A stretch of DNA of 64,000 nucleotides from an uncultured Verrucomicrobiae bacterium (lineage in GTDB: Bacteria; Verrucomicrobiota; Verrucomicrobiia; Chthoniobacterales; Chthoniobacteraceae): contig CAVYKI010000009.1 in the NCBI GenBank assembly GCA_963769025.1, forward strand, positions 864,001 through 928,000, in the 5' to 3' direction. Every line of letters begins with the position of its first letter. The stretch's first letter is position 1. Shown piece after piece: positions 36,409 to 47,862 of the stretch. Both the position numbers and the translations under genes were made by a program. The notes below the pieces were generated by a model. It saw only the letters and a program-made list of their open reading frames with translations, was not told the DNA's origin and did not search any database.

Positions 36409-37428
36409 CTATTTTCCCCACGCCGAATTCCGTGCCGAACATTTCCGCCGCGCCGCTCGTGACGACCTTCGTCCCCGCCCGCGGACCGCTCGCGAGCACC
36501 GCATCCGCGCCGACCACGCGGGCCACGAACACCCTCCGCCGCACGAAGGTCTGCGGCGCCGTCTGCTCATACACCCACGCGCCGCCGTTGAAATCATGCA
36601 CCACCGCCGCGTGCGGCGCGACGAGACTCTCCGCCGCCGCGCCCCGCACCGGGAGCGACACCGCGACGCGCTGCCCGATCTGCAGGCGCGTCACCTCCGG
36701 CGATTTCGTAAAATACATCCACCGTCCCGAGCAGCGGCGTTGGCCGACGTCGGCGCCTTCACGCGGCTTGGCTTCGATCGTCTTCCGATCCGCGACCTGC
36801 GAGCGCGCTCACGTGCCCCGGCGCGTCGGGGTCGAGCCTTCGCGAGTTCCGCTGCGGAAAGCGGTCACGCGCACCCATCGCGTCGATCCCTTTCGCAGCT
36901 TCGGCCACCGGCATGCCGAGCAGCGCCGCGTCGCGCCTCTGCCGTGGCAGAAACCGCCTTCGCCAGGTCGAGCGCACCCCGCGCCTCGTCCACCGCGCGC
37001 TGGCTGCCGGCCTTGTCCGCAATCATCTGCTCCGCCCGCTTCATCGCCGTCTCGGCGGCGCTCAGGCTCGCGCGCGCCTCCTTCAGTTTCCCATCCGCAT
37101 CCGCCTGCAAATCCGCCACGCGCCGGAACTCCTCGGGTGAGGCCCCGAGCACCGGCTGCGCAAACGACGAGTTCCCGTCGGTCGCGAGCGGCAGCACGAT
37201 CTCGCCGGGAAACGTGCGGAGCTGCGGCAGCGCACGCTTCTCCACGACGGCTGTCGCGATGCCGAGGCGCTGCTCGGCCTGCTCGGTCAGCTTCACCGTG
37301 CTGAGATCACCTTCCTTCACCGCATTCTCGATTGTCGCAGGCGGTGTCTTCGATCCACTTTCCGCGGCGAAGACCGTCACGGCGGCGCATGTGATGATCG
37401 AGACGATCAGCCGGTGCATCTGCAGCAT
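36409..37428 (-). CDS. RND periplasmic adaptor (membrane fusion protein), frameshifted
   Basis: LTEQAEQRLGI, helical hairpin, GQRVAV, PHAAVVHDFNGGAWVY, GTKVVTSGAAEMFG. Confidence 0.85.
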
Positions 37429-37440
37429 GAATCGTTCGTT

Positions 37441-38777
37441 TCATAAGCGGTGCCCCACGGCGTATTCGAGTTCCGCCCACGCCTCGCGCAGACGCGCGGT
37501 CGTCTCGGCGGCCTTGCTCTTCGTCTCGACCAGCCGGCGCGCGGCATCGAGCGCGATCGAGTTGCGGCGAATTTCCCGAGTTCGACCGCGCGTGCGCGCG
37601 CGTTCGAGCACCTTCTCCAATTCCGGCAACGCACGTTCCCATCCCGCGGCGACGGCCCGCGCCTCCGCCACCCGGATGCGGGCCTGGCGCACTTCTCCCG
37701 CGATGCGGTCGCGCACGGCCACCGCAGTCCCGCACGGCCTTCGCGACGCCGTGCATCGGCGATCGCGCGTCCGCCCTGGTTCTGGTTGAAAATCGGCAGC
37801 GTGACATCGAGACCGGGGCCGGACTCGAAGTTGCTCCCCGAGCCATTCGCATCGTATGCCAGCGAGAACTGCGAGAATCTCCGCCTTCGCCAGTCCCGCG
37901 CGTTTCCCCGCGGCCTCGATGGCAAGTTCCGCCGCGCGCATGTCCGGCCGCGCGGCGATCGCCTCGCGCACCAGCGCGTTCTCGGACGCAAGGCTCTTCG
38001 CGACGGCATCGGCGGCGTCTTCAAATCGAAGGACACGCCAGCCATCGCGAGACCCGTGAGCGTGCGCGCATGGTCGAGCGCGAGACGCTCCTCGTGTGCG
38101 AGCCGGGCGACCTCCTGCGTGGCGAGCAGCGACTCCGCGTGCGCCTGCGATGTTTCGAGTTCCCCGGTGTCGCCCGCGCGCTGCCGCGCCTTCGCGACCT
38201 CCGACATCTTGTCAAAAATCCCCGCCGCCTCGCGCGCGAGCCGCAGCTTCTCCCGCGCCAGCGCGACAGCCGGCACAGCGCCAGCTTCACGTCGCGCGCC
38301 AGCACCGAGCCCGCCCTGCACCAGTTTCTCCGCGACTATCTCGATAATCGCAGATCTGCCGCCGCCACGCGCTGCGGACGCAGCACCAGCGCTTCCATGG
38401 GAAATTTGCGCGATGAACTCGAGCTGCTTCGGACCGAGCGGGAACAGGACCGAGAGCGTCGGATTCGGAATCTGCCCCGCCTTGATCACTTCGCCGCGAG
38501 CGAGTCCGAGATCGGCCAGTGCGGATTGAAAGTCCGCATTATTCCAAAGCGCGACCGCGACGGCCTGGTCCTGCGAAAGCGCGCCGCCGCGCGAAATACC
38601 CAGCGGGCCACGAAGGTTCGCCCGGCGCTTCCTTGAGACGCGCGCTCTTGCCCGTGCGGCGCTTCGTCTCACTCCGCGACATGCCCGTTCAAATCGCGCG
38701 CAGCCGAGCACGCGGACAGGAGAGTGACCGCGCGCAACGACCGAAATGGATGGAGGGAAACAACGGAGGCGGTTCAT
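37441..38777 (-). CDS. TolC/CzcC-family outer membrane factor, frameshifted
   Basis: AVAVALWNN, AGQIPNPTL, RPDMRAA, LPIFNQNQG, ELEYAVG; start uncertain. Confidence 0.85.
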
Positions 38778-38853
38778 CAACCGGCGGACATTGGAGACTC
38801 GCGTCGACGCTTTGGGAGTGAAATAGTGCCGGCCACAGCGAAACGGCTCCGCC

Positions 38854-41264
38854 CTATTCGCGCAGCGCGACACCGAGTTCGGTCTTCAGCCGCTCCTTCA
38901 GCTTTCGCGTGCGCGGCGTTCACTTCGTCCGCAGTGAGAGTGCGCTCGGGACTGCGGTACGTGAGGGAATAGGCGAGCGACTTTCGGTCCGCCGGCACTT
39001 TCACGCCGGTCGGATCGGTGAAGACATCGAACAGTTCCACCCCGGCAAGCAGCGGCTCCTTCGCCTTCGCGAGCGTGGCGGCGATCGACCGTGCGGCAGC
39101 GTCAGCGGTGCGAGCATCGCGATGTCGCGCGAGGTCGCCGGGAATCGCGGGATCTCGCGATACTTCTGCGCGACATCGGCAGCCGCGGCTTTCCAGAGCG
39201 CGGCGAGATCGATTTCCACGAACAGCACCGGCACTTCGGAATCGAGCGCGCGCGCGTCGGCCGGCCAGAGCTGTCCGGCGAAACCGACCGGCTTTCCGTT
39301 CGCCTTGATGGTGAGCGACAAGCGCGAGCGCAGGGATTTTCCTCGTGCTCGAAAGCGATGCCCGTCTCCGAGCGCGGCGCTCACGACGGCCTTCAGATCG
39401 AAAAGATCGCCGAGCGTCCTTCGCGCCGCGCGCCAGTTGCGCTCGCAGAGCGGCCCGGCGAGCACCGCAGCCGCGTGCGTGAATTCCTCGGGTCGCTGCG
39501 CGCTGAAAATGCGGCCGACTTCAAACAGCCGGACACTCTTCGCACCAGCGCGCAGATTGTCGCGCACTGCAGTGAGCAGCCCGTGGAGAAGATTCGGGCG
39601 CAGCACGACTTGTTCGTCGTTCATCGGATTCTTCACCCGTAGGAGTCGCCGCCGCAGTCCGCGTGAAATGTCGAGCCGAGCGGTTCTGCCGGAACGAGCG
39701 TGATGCTCCGCGCTTCGTGCAAGACCTTGCGCAACAAATGCGCGTCGCAAAATCATCGCGCGGTCGTAGTTCCGATCGGTGCCGCTCGCACCGGCGAAAC
39801 GCGCCTGAGTCCGGGCCGGAATCGCATCCATCCCGATCACCCGCGCGATTTCCTCGATGAGATCGACTTCGCGAGTGAGGTCCGGACGATATCCCGGAGG
39901 CACGCCAGCCTTCCGCGGCCTTTCTCGCAACCGAACCCGGTGAGGATCTGCATCCACTCGCTCCTGCGAAGACCTCCACGCCGAGCAACGCCGCGACGCC
40001 GTGCAATCCGAAGCGGGATCGCAGGACGCGCCGCATTGCGCTGCGCCAGAAATCTCCGACTGACCCGCTTCACCCGCGGGCGAGACGGCGCTGATGCTCC
40101 CGCGACTTCTGCGATGTAGCTTCGCCGCGCAAAGCGAAGCGCGCTCTACGCCGCCGGGCCACACGCCACGCTCGAAACGGTAGCTCGAATCGCTCGACAG
40201 ACCGAGCCGCCGCGATGTGCGCCGGATGCTCGCCGCGTCGAAGACCGCGGCCTCCAGCAGGACATCGGTCGTCGCGGCGGTCACGCCGCTGTCTTCGCCG
40301 CCCATGATGCCCGCGATGGCCAGGGCCTTCTCGTCGTCGGCGATCATCAGGTCCGTGGGCGCGAGCGCGTAGGTCTTGCCATCGAGCGCGAGGAACTGCT
40401 CGCCTTCCTTCGCCTGCCGCACGCGGAGAGTTCCGCGGACTTTCGCCGCGTCAAAGGCGTGCAGCGGCTGCCCGCTTGCCATCATCACAAAATTCGTCAC
40501 GTCCACGACGTTGTTGATCGCGCGCAGGCCGATGCTTTCCAGCTTTGCACGGAGCCAGTCCGGGCTCGGCCCGACCTTCACGCCCGAGATTCGGCGGGCG
40601 GTGTAGACGGCAGGGCGACATCGGTCTCGACGGCAACCGCAGGCGCATCGCCACCGATGTGCGGCTCGCTTGGACCGGCCGGCTTCGTGAGCGTTTTTCC
40701 CGTTAGCGTCGCGATCTCCACGGCGATGCCCGCGTGACTCAGCAAATCCGCACGGTTCGGTGTGATTTCGAGATCGAGCACCGTGTCCGAATGGAACACC
40801 TCGCTGAACGGCGTGCCGGGCTTCGCGTCCGCCGGGAGAATGAGCAGACCGTCCTCCGCGCCGCGCGCACCGAGCGTCGCAGGCAGGCCGAGTTCGTCCG
40901 CACTGCACAGCATTCCCTGGCTCTCCACGCCACGGAGTTTGCCGACTTTGATCACGAAGTCCGGGGCGAGTTGCGCGCCCGGCAGTGCCACGGGCACCTT
41001 GTCTCCGACACGGTAGTTCTTCGCACCGCATACGATCTGCCGCTGCGTGCCGCTGCCGTCGTCCACTTTGCAGACGCTCAGCCGATCCGCGTTCGGGTGC
41101 TGCGCGGATTCCTGGATCTCGCCGACGACGATGTTCGCGATGGAGCACCCGGTGGACTCGATGCCCTCGACTTCCACGCCTGCCATCGTGAGCAAATCCA
41201 CGAGCGCAGGCACAGTCGGCGGCAATTCGACGAGTTCACGGAGCCAGTTGAGGGAGACTTTCAT
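38854..41264 (-). CDS. pheT: Phenylalanine-tRNA ligase beta subunit, frameshifted
   Basis: MKVSLNWLRE, HPNADRL, ITPNRAD, GQPLHAFD, DLIEEIAR, ERTLT. Confidence 0.95.
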
Positions 41265-41270
41265 CGGAAA

Positions 41271-42295
<1,025 letters not shown>

Positions 42296-42372
42296 GTTGG
42301 AAAAATGAGTCGCGGAGATTGCCCATCGCGCACGGCAGCGCAAGGGCGGAAAAAGATCGTAGCCGCGGCTAC

Positions 42373-42417
42373 GGAAAGCAAAACCCCGGACGCCTTGTCG
42401 GACATCCGGGGTTTTGT
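42373..42417 (-). terminator. Intrinsic terminator after rplT
   Basis: CAAAACCCCGGA...TCCGGGGTTTTG 12-bp inverted repeat with T-rich tail. Confidence 0.75.
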
Positions 42418-42438
42418 GAAAGAGGTTAAGGTTTCCGG

Positions 42439-42828
42439 TTACGCAGCCTTCGGAAGCGTCACACCCGCCTTGTCGGCGAGTGCGGCCTTGGCTTTTTCGA
42501 CGAGCACCTTGAAGGCGGCTTCGTCCTCATAAGCGAGGCCGGAGATGACCTTGCGGTCGAGCGTGATTCCGGCAGCCTTGATGCCTTCCATGAACCGGCT
42601 GTAGGTGAGGCCGTTCGCTCGGGCGGCGGCATTGATGCGCTGGTTCCAAAGTTTGCCAAACATGCGCTTGCGCGTCTTGCGGTCGCGGAACGCCCAGTAT
42701 TGGGCTTTCATCACCGCGTTCTTCGCGTAGCGGAACAGTTTGGATCGGCGTCCGCGGAAGCCCTTGGCTTTGTCGAGGACCTTCTTGCGGCGCTCGCGCG
42801 AGGCGGGAGCGTTAGTGGCTCTTGGCAT
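42439..42828 (-). CDS. rplT: 50S ribosomal protein L20
   Basis: AKGFRGRRS, AFRDRK, LWNQRINAA, LDRKVI. Confidence 0.97.
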   Translation of the reverse strand: MPRATNAPASRERRKKVLDKAKGFRGRRSKLFRYAKNAVMKAQYWAFRDRKTRKRMFGKLWNQRINAAARANGLTYSRFMEGIKAAGITLDRKVISGLAYEDEAAFKVLVEKAKAALADKAGVTLPKAA

Positions 42829-42947
42829 GGTCTTGGTTTGGTTGCCCGGCTGGCTGTTTTGGGTTTGTGGTTAAATGGCCGGGCTGCCTCGCCTGCCGGT
42901 GAGTCCTCCGAGGAGGACAGGCGCCCGAACCGGTGTGCCGCGTCCGC

Positions 42948-43157
42948 TTACGCGAACGGGAGGCACTCTTTGATACGGTCCACCATTGTCTCGTGGACCT
43001 GACCGTCTTTGCCGAGCTTGCGCTTGCGCTTCGAGCTCTTGCTCGATGCGAGGTGGCGAAGGCCCGGCTTACGGCGCATGATCTTCCCCGTGGCGGTCAC
43101 TTTGAACCGCTTGGAAGCTGATTTTTTCGTCTTGCGACGTGCGATGGCTCTTGGCAT
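42948..43157 (-). CDS. rpmI: 50S ribosomal protein L35
   Basis: KTKKSASKRFKVTATGKI...H...KSSKRKRKL. Confidence 0.95.
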   Translation of the reverse strand: MPRAIARRKTKKSASKRFKVTATGKIMRRKPGLRHLASSKSSKRKRKLGKDGQVHETMVDRIKECLPFA

Positions 43158-43166
43158 GGGGCGCGG

Positions 43167-43194
43167 AAAGTAGCGGTCGAAGTGCGATTGGCAA
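43167..43194 (-). promoter_or_regulatory. Putative promoter of rpmI-rplT
   Basis: TTGCCA-16-TACTTT-ccgcgcccc-ATG. Confidence 0.6.
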
Positions 43195-43481
43195 TTACTT
43201 TCTCCCATGATGTGACGGAACGAAAAGCTGCGGCTTCACGTGAAGCGGAACAGGATGGGAAATGGTGTCGCGGAGCGTGGCACGATGAGCCCGCGGAGAA
43301 ACGGACACGGCGATTTTGCTCAATCGGACGACGACCCGGAGGGCACGGAACCTGCGACCGCAACGGGCCACATCATGCCTCTTTACGATACAAATGGACG
43401 GGTTGCCGGATCTCCAGGCAACGGAGCGGGAAACATTGGGACGGCAACCGCGGTTCAGACACCGCGAAACCGGAGCTGCGC

Positions 43482-44897
43482 ATGAACGGACATTCGCCCG
43501 AGGCAGCGCCGGTGGCGGCGCTCACGCCTACGCCCGCGCCGGCCGCCGAGCCGCCGCCGGTCGCAACCGGCATCGGCGATTTGCGGTCGCCGGTCTTTTC
43601 CGCGCCGAGGATCCCGATCGACGAACTCCTGCGCACAATGCTCGCGCAGGGCGAAGGCGTGAGCGATCTGTTCTTCATCGTGGGCCGCGCGCCGCAGGTG
43701 GAGAATTTCGGCAAGCTGATGCCGGTGGAAGGCACCCAGTTCTCGCCGGTATTCACCGCGCAGCAGACCGAGGGGCTCGCGCATTGGATCGTCGGCTCGC
43801 AGCAGCGCCTTCTGGATGATTTGCGCAATACCGGCTCGTGCGACTGCAGCTACGCGCTCGGCGACACCGCGCGCTTCCGCGTGAATGTATTCAAGCAGAA
43901 GGGCAGCTTCGCCATGGTGCTGCGCAAGCTGAACACGCGCATCCCGACGATGGAGGACCTGAACCTCCCGCCGGTCTTCAAGCGGATCATCACGGAAAAG
44001 ACGGGCCTCATTTTCGTGACCGGCGCGACCGGCAGCGGCAAGACGACGACGCTCGCCGCGATGCTGAACGGACTGAACGAGAGCCACCCGATGCACATCG
44101 TGACGCTGGAGGATCCGGTGGAATTCATGCATCCGCACAAGGCGGCGACCTTTTGCCAGCGCGAGATGGGCAAGGATTTTTCCAGCTTCGCGATGGGCCT
44201 GCGCGCGGCGCTGCGGCAGGCGCCGAAGGTGATCCTCGTCGGCGAAATCCGCGACCGCGAGACGATGGAAATCGCGCTGACGGCGGCGGAGACGGGACAC
44301 GTCGTTTTTTCCACGCTCCACACGATCAGCGCCGCGCAGTCCATCAACCGCGTGCTCGGCATGTTCAGCAAGGAGGAGGAGTCGCAGGTGCGCGAACGTC
44401 TCGGCGAGACGCTGCGCTGGGTGGTGAGCCAGCGCCTCGCACCGAAGATCGGCGGCGGGCGCGTGATGATCCCGGAAATCATGGGCAGCAACATGCGTTC
44501 GCGGGAGGCGATCCAACTCGGTGAGAGCGAAGTGCGGAACCTGAATGACATCATCACCCAGTCGCGGCAGGACGGCTGGTGCACTTTCGAGCAGACGCTC
44601 TGCGAGGCCATGGCGGAGAACAAGATCACCGAGGAGACGGCGATGCTGCTCTCGGTGAACAAGACCAGCATGCGCCAGATGATGGATCGCCTGAAAAAAT
44701 CCCTCGGCAAGGACGACGCCGGCGCGCATTCGTTCAAACTCAAGGAGACGGACGAGCATGTGAAGAAGAGCCCATCGATGGGCCAACACGGGAGCCTTCC
44801 TCCTGGCCCTCCGGTGCAACTGCGCGGCGCTACGCCCCCCCCTACGGCACCCGCACCGAAGCTGGCAGTGCCCACGACTCTTAAGCTGCAAGGCTGA
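43482..44897 (+). CDS. pilT: PilT/PilU-family type IV pilus ATPase
   Basis: RFRVN, GATGSGKTTT, TLEDPVE, LRQAP, VGEIRD, AETGH, TLHT. Start uncertain; Pro-rich extensions at both ends. Confidence 0.92.
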   Translation: MNGHSPEAAPVAALTPTPAPAAEPPPVATGIGDLRSPVFSAPRIPIDELLRTMLAQGEGVSDLFFIVGRAPQVENFGKLMPVEGTQFSPVFTAQQTEGLAHWIVGSQQRLLDDLRNTGSCDCSYALGDTARFRVNVFKQKGSFAMVLRKLNTRIPTMEDLNLPPVFKRIITEKTGLIFVTGATGSGKTTTLAAMLNGLNESHPMHIVTLEDPVEFMHPHKAATFCQREMGKDFSSFAMGLRAALRQAPKVILVGEIRDRETMEIALTAAETGHVVFSTLHTISAAQSINRVLGMFSKEEESQVRERLGETLRWVVSQRLAPKIGGGRVMIPEIMGSNMRSREAIQLGESEVRNLNDIITQSRQDGWCTFEQTLCEAMAENKITEETAMLLSVNKTSMRQMMDRLKKSLGKDDAGAHSFKLKETDEHVKKSPSMGQHGSLPPGPPVQLRGATPPPTAPAPKLAVPTTLKLQG

Positions 44898-44958
44898 TCA
44901 GGCACTCCCGCGCTCAAAGTCGCTGACACGCACCGCCGGGCTGTGGCAGAAGCCCGGT

Positions 44959-45894
44959 GTGCTTGCCGCTTTTCTTCACTCATTCGGGCCATTCGTTTTT
45001 CGCATCGGGGATTTCGGACCGCGATGGTACGGCCTCTCGTACGTCGCATCCGCGCTCGTCGCCTTTTGGCTCTACCGGCGCCTTACCGTTCGCGGCTACG
45101 CGGACATGCCCCCGGAAAGGGTCGCGGACTTCATCACATGGACGGGCCTCTTCGGCGTGCTGCTCGGCGGACGCATCGGGTGGATCCTTTTCTATGGCAT
45201 CAAGGAGCCACACGACACGCCATGGTGGATGCTCGAGGTGTGGAAAGGCGGCATGTCGAGCCACGGCGGGATCCTCGGAATCGTGCTGGTGACATACGTG
45301 CTCTCGCGGCGGTGGAAAGTCTCGTGGACGAGCATCGGTGACACGCTTTGCGTCGTAGCCACGATCGGGCTGTTCCTCGTGCGCTGCGCGAATTTCATCA
45401 ACGGTGAGCTGATCGGAAAACCCGCCGAAGTCGCGTGGGCCGTGCAGTTCCCCCGCGAGCTGCTCGACACTCCGGTCGGCAGGGAGGAAATCGGGCCGAA
45501 GGTGATGGATGCCCTTGGCCGTCCGGTAGGCGAGATCGTCGAATCCATCCCTCGGGACGCGGAAACCAACCGGGTGCTGCGCGAGTTCCTCACCCCGCGC
45601 CATCCCTCGCAGCTCTACGAAGCACTGCTTGAGGGCGCGCTGCTCTTCTCCGTCCTCTGGTTCATGCGCACGCGCTGCCGCGTTCCTCGTGGCGTGCTCA
45701 CTGGTTCATTCTTCATCCTCTACGCCACCGGCCGGATCGTCAGCGAGATGTACCGCGAGCCCGATCCCGCCTGGGCGGTCGGCTCGTTTTCCGCGGGCCA
45801 GTTTCTCTCGCTGTTCATGTATGGGATAGGCACGGCGTTCCTCCTGTGGGGACTCAGCACGCGGCACTACGAGAAGGCCGATCGGCGCGATTGA
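44959..45894 (+). CDS. lgt: Prolipoprotein diacylglyceryl transferase
   Basis: RWYGL, LGGRIG, GGMSSHGG, RCANFINGEL, HPSQLYE. Confidence 0.96.
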   Translation: MLAAFLHSFGPFVFRIGDFGPRWYGLSYVASALVAFWLYRRLTVRGYADMPPERVADFITWTGLFGVLLGGRIGWILFYGIKEPHDTPWWMLEVWKGGMSSHGGILGIVLVTYVLSRRWKVSWTSIGDTLCVVATIGLFLVRCANFINGELIGKPAEVAWAVQFPRELLDTPVGREEIGPKVMDALGRPVGEIVESIPRDAETNRVLREFLTPRHPSQLYEALLEGALLFSVLWFMRTRCRVPRGVLTGSFFILYATGRIVSEMYREPDPAWAVGSFSAGQFLSLFMYGIGTAFLLWGLSTRHYEKADRRD

Positions 45895-45910
45895 CGCTGC
45901 GCGAAATCCC

Positions 45911-46507
45911 ATGGCCGTCGCTGCAGATTTCACCGCCGTCACGCCCTCGCTCTTCGCATGGCAGGCGTTTGAGCCGTCGGTGAATTGCGACCTTTCCTCC
46001 TGCGCGCTCGATACTGCCGACGGACTCGTGTTCATCGATCCGATCGACCTCGCCGATGCCGCGCTTGCCCGTCTGCTGCAAGGACGGAAGCCGGCGGCCA
46101 TCATCCTCACCAATGGCAACCACTCACGGGCCGCCGGAACGCTTCGCGACAGGCTCGGCGCAAAGGTGCTTGCTTCGATCGATGCGAGCGGGCTCGACCT
46201 TATCCCCGATGCGACCCTCGCCGCTGGAGAAATCACCCCCGGTGGCATGGAAGTCGTCCCGGTACCCGGAGCCGGTCCCGGCGAAATCGCGCTCGTCGGC
46301 CATGGGATCGCGTGCATCGGGGATGCGCTGATTCATCTGCCGCCGGAAGGGCTCCGCCTGCTGCCGGCAAAATACTGTGCGGATACCGGCCAAATGCGCC
46401 ATTCGCTGAGAAAACTGTTGTCATACCAGTTCCAAGTCATGACTTTCGCGCACGGTGCTCCCCTCGTCGGACCGGTGCACCGGCACCTCGAAGAACTACT
46501 CGCATGA
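45911..46507 (+). CDS. Metallo-beta-lactamase-fold protein with degenerate metal motif
   Basis: VFIDP, IILTNGNHSR, PGE, IGDAL, FAHG. Confidence 0.75.
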   Translation: MAVAADFTAVTPSLFAWQAFEPSVNCDLSSCALDTADGLVFIDPIDLADAALARLLQGRKPAAIILTNGNHSRAAGTLRDRLGAKVLASIDASGLDLIPDATLAAGEITPGGMEVVPVPGAGPGEIALVGHGIACIGDALIHLPPEGLRLLPAKYCADTGQMRHSLRKLLSYQFQVMTFAHGAPLVGPVHRHLEELLA

Positions 46508-47013
46508 AACACACACTGGCACTCCTCCTCACGTGCGCGCTCGGCGCGACGGCATTTTCACAGCCCCCCGCCGTGCCCGCAGTGCCAGCCGTGCCCACGG
46601 TCGAGACGGCTGTCCCCGTGGAACCGGAGGCCGATGGCCCGGACAAGATCATCGCGCGCTTTTTCTCCTACCTCCAACGCAAGGAAGTGGACCAAGCTTA
46701 TGACCAGCTCACGCGCGGCACCAAAATCGCCGAACGCGCCGAGGACGTGAAGACGCTGAAGTCGAAAACCAAGGAAGCCATCACGGTCTTCGGCCCGATT
46801 CTCGGCTACGATTCCGTGCTGAAGAAAAATGTCGGCTCCCGCCTCGTGAGCTACACTCTGCTTTCACTCGGGAAGGAATTCCCCCTCCGGTGGCGCTTCT
46901 ATTTCTACAAGCCGCAGGACGCGTGGAAGCTGATCGACTTGCGCGTGGACGACCGGCTCGCGGCGATGTTCGACGAGACGGAGGAAGTGCGCCCCCGCGA
47001 ACCGCAGCAGTAG
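46504..47013 (+). CDS. Hypothetical secreted protein
   Basis: Signal peptide MKHTLALLLTCALGATAFS, PAV repeats, PLRWRFYFYKP; ATGA overlap with the upstream gene. Confidence 0.8.
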   Translation: MKHTLALLLTCALGATAFSQPPAVPAVPAVPTVETAVPVEPEADGPDKIIARFFSYLQRKEVDQAYDQLTRGTKIAERAEDVKTLKSKTKEAITVFGPILGYDSVLKKNVGSRLVSYTLLSLGKEFPLRWRFYFYKPQDAWKLIDLRVDDRLAAMFDETEEVRPREPQQ

Positions 47014-47856
47014 ATGCTGTCCGACGCGCTCCGGTTCATCCGGTTTTCGCACACGGTTTTCGCGCTTCCCTTTGCGCTCGGCTCGATGGTTGTCGCCGCC
47101 GGGGGATTTCCCGGATGGAAAATCTGCGCGCTGATTTTGCTCGCGATGGTCTTCGCGCGGACGGCTGCGATGGTTTTCAACCGGCTGGTGGATTGGGAAA
47201 TCGACCGCCGCAATCCCCGCACAGCAGCGCGGCACAAATTGCTCCCCAAGCCGGCCGCCTTCGCGCTCCTCGCCATTTGCACCGCCGGATTCGTGCTCAC
47301 GACATGGTTCATCAATCCCCTGTGCTTCTGGCTCTCCCCGGTCGCCATCGCCATCATCTTTCTCTATTCGCTCACGAAGCGTTTCACGCACTGGAGCCAC
47401 TTCTTTCTCGGGCTCGCCCTCTCGGTGGCGCCCGTCGGCGCGTGGCTGGCGGTGCGCGGACACTTTGAACTCGCGCCGCTGGCCCTCGCGCTCGCGGTGC
47501 TGCTCTGGGTCGCGGGGTTCGACATCATCTACGCCACGCAGGATCACGAGTTCGACCGTGCTGAGGGATTGCATTCGCTCGTCGTGAAGCTCGGCATCGC
47601 CCGCAGCCTGCTTGTCGCCTCCGCGCTGCACTGGCTCATGCTGGCCGGGCTTGCGGGGTTCGGGTGGCTGGCCTCGATGGGCCGCGTGTACTTCGGCAGC
47701 CTCGTATTGGTCGCGGCGGCGCTCATCTACGAGCAGCGCAGCGCGCGCCGGCTGGATGTCCAGGGCATCAACCGCGCCTTCTTTCAGAGCAATGCATTTG
47801 TCAGCGTGGTCTTCGTCGCAGCCGTCATCCTCGATGTGGCGCTGCGCTCGCGCTGA
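47014..47856 (+). CDS. UbiA-family polyprenyltransferase (MqnP-like)
   Basis: HTVFALPFA, ARTAAMVFNRLVDWEIDRRNPRT, YSLTKRF, GFDIIYATQD. Confidence 0.9.
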   Translation: MLSDALRFIRFSHTVFALPFALGSMVVAAGGFPGWKICALILLAMVFARTAAMVFNRLVDWEIDRRNPRTAARHKLLPKPAAFALLAICTAGFVLTTWFINPLCFWLSPVAIAIIFLYSLTKRFTHWSHFFLGLALSVAPVGAWLAVRGHFELAPLALALAVLLWVAGFDIIYATQDHEFDRAEGLHSLVVKLGIARSLLVASALHWLMLAGLAGFGWLASMGRVYFGSLVLVAAALIYEQRSARRLDVQGINRAFFQSNAFVSVVFVAAVILDVALRSR

Positions 47857-47862
47857 AAGGGA

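Noticed and set aside
43182..43481. 100-aa N-terminal extension of PilT
   Set aside because: Non-native composition and overlap with the divergent rpmI promoter; the start remains uncertain.
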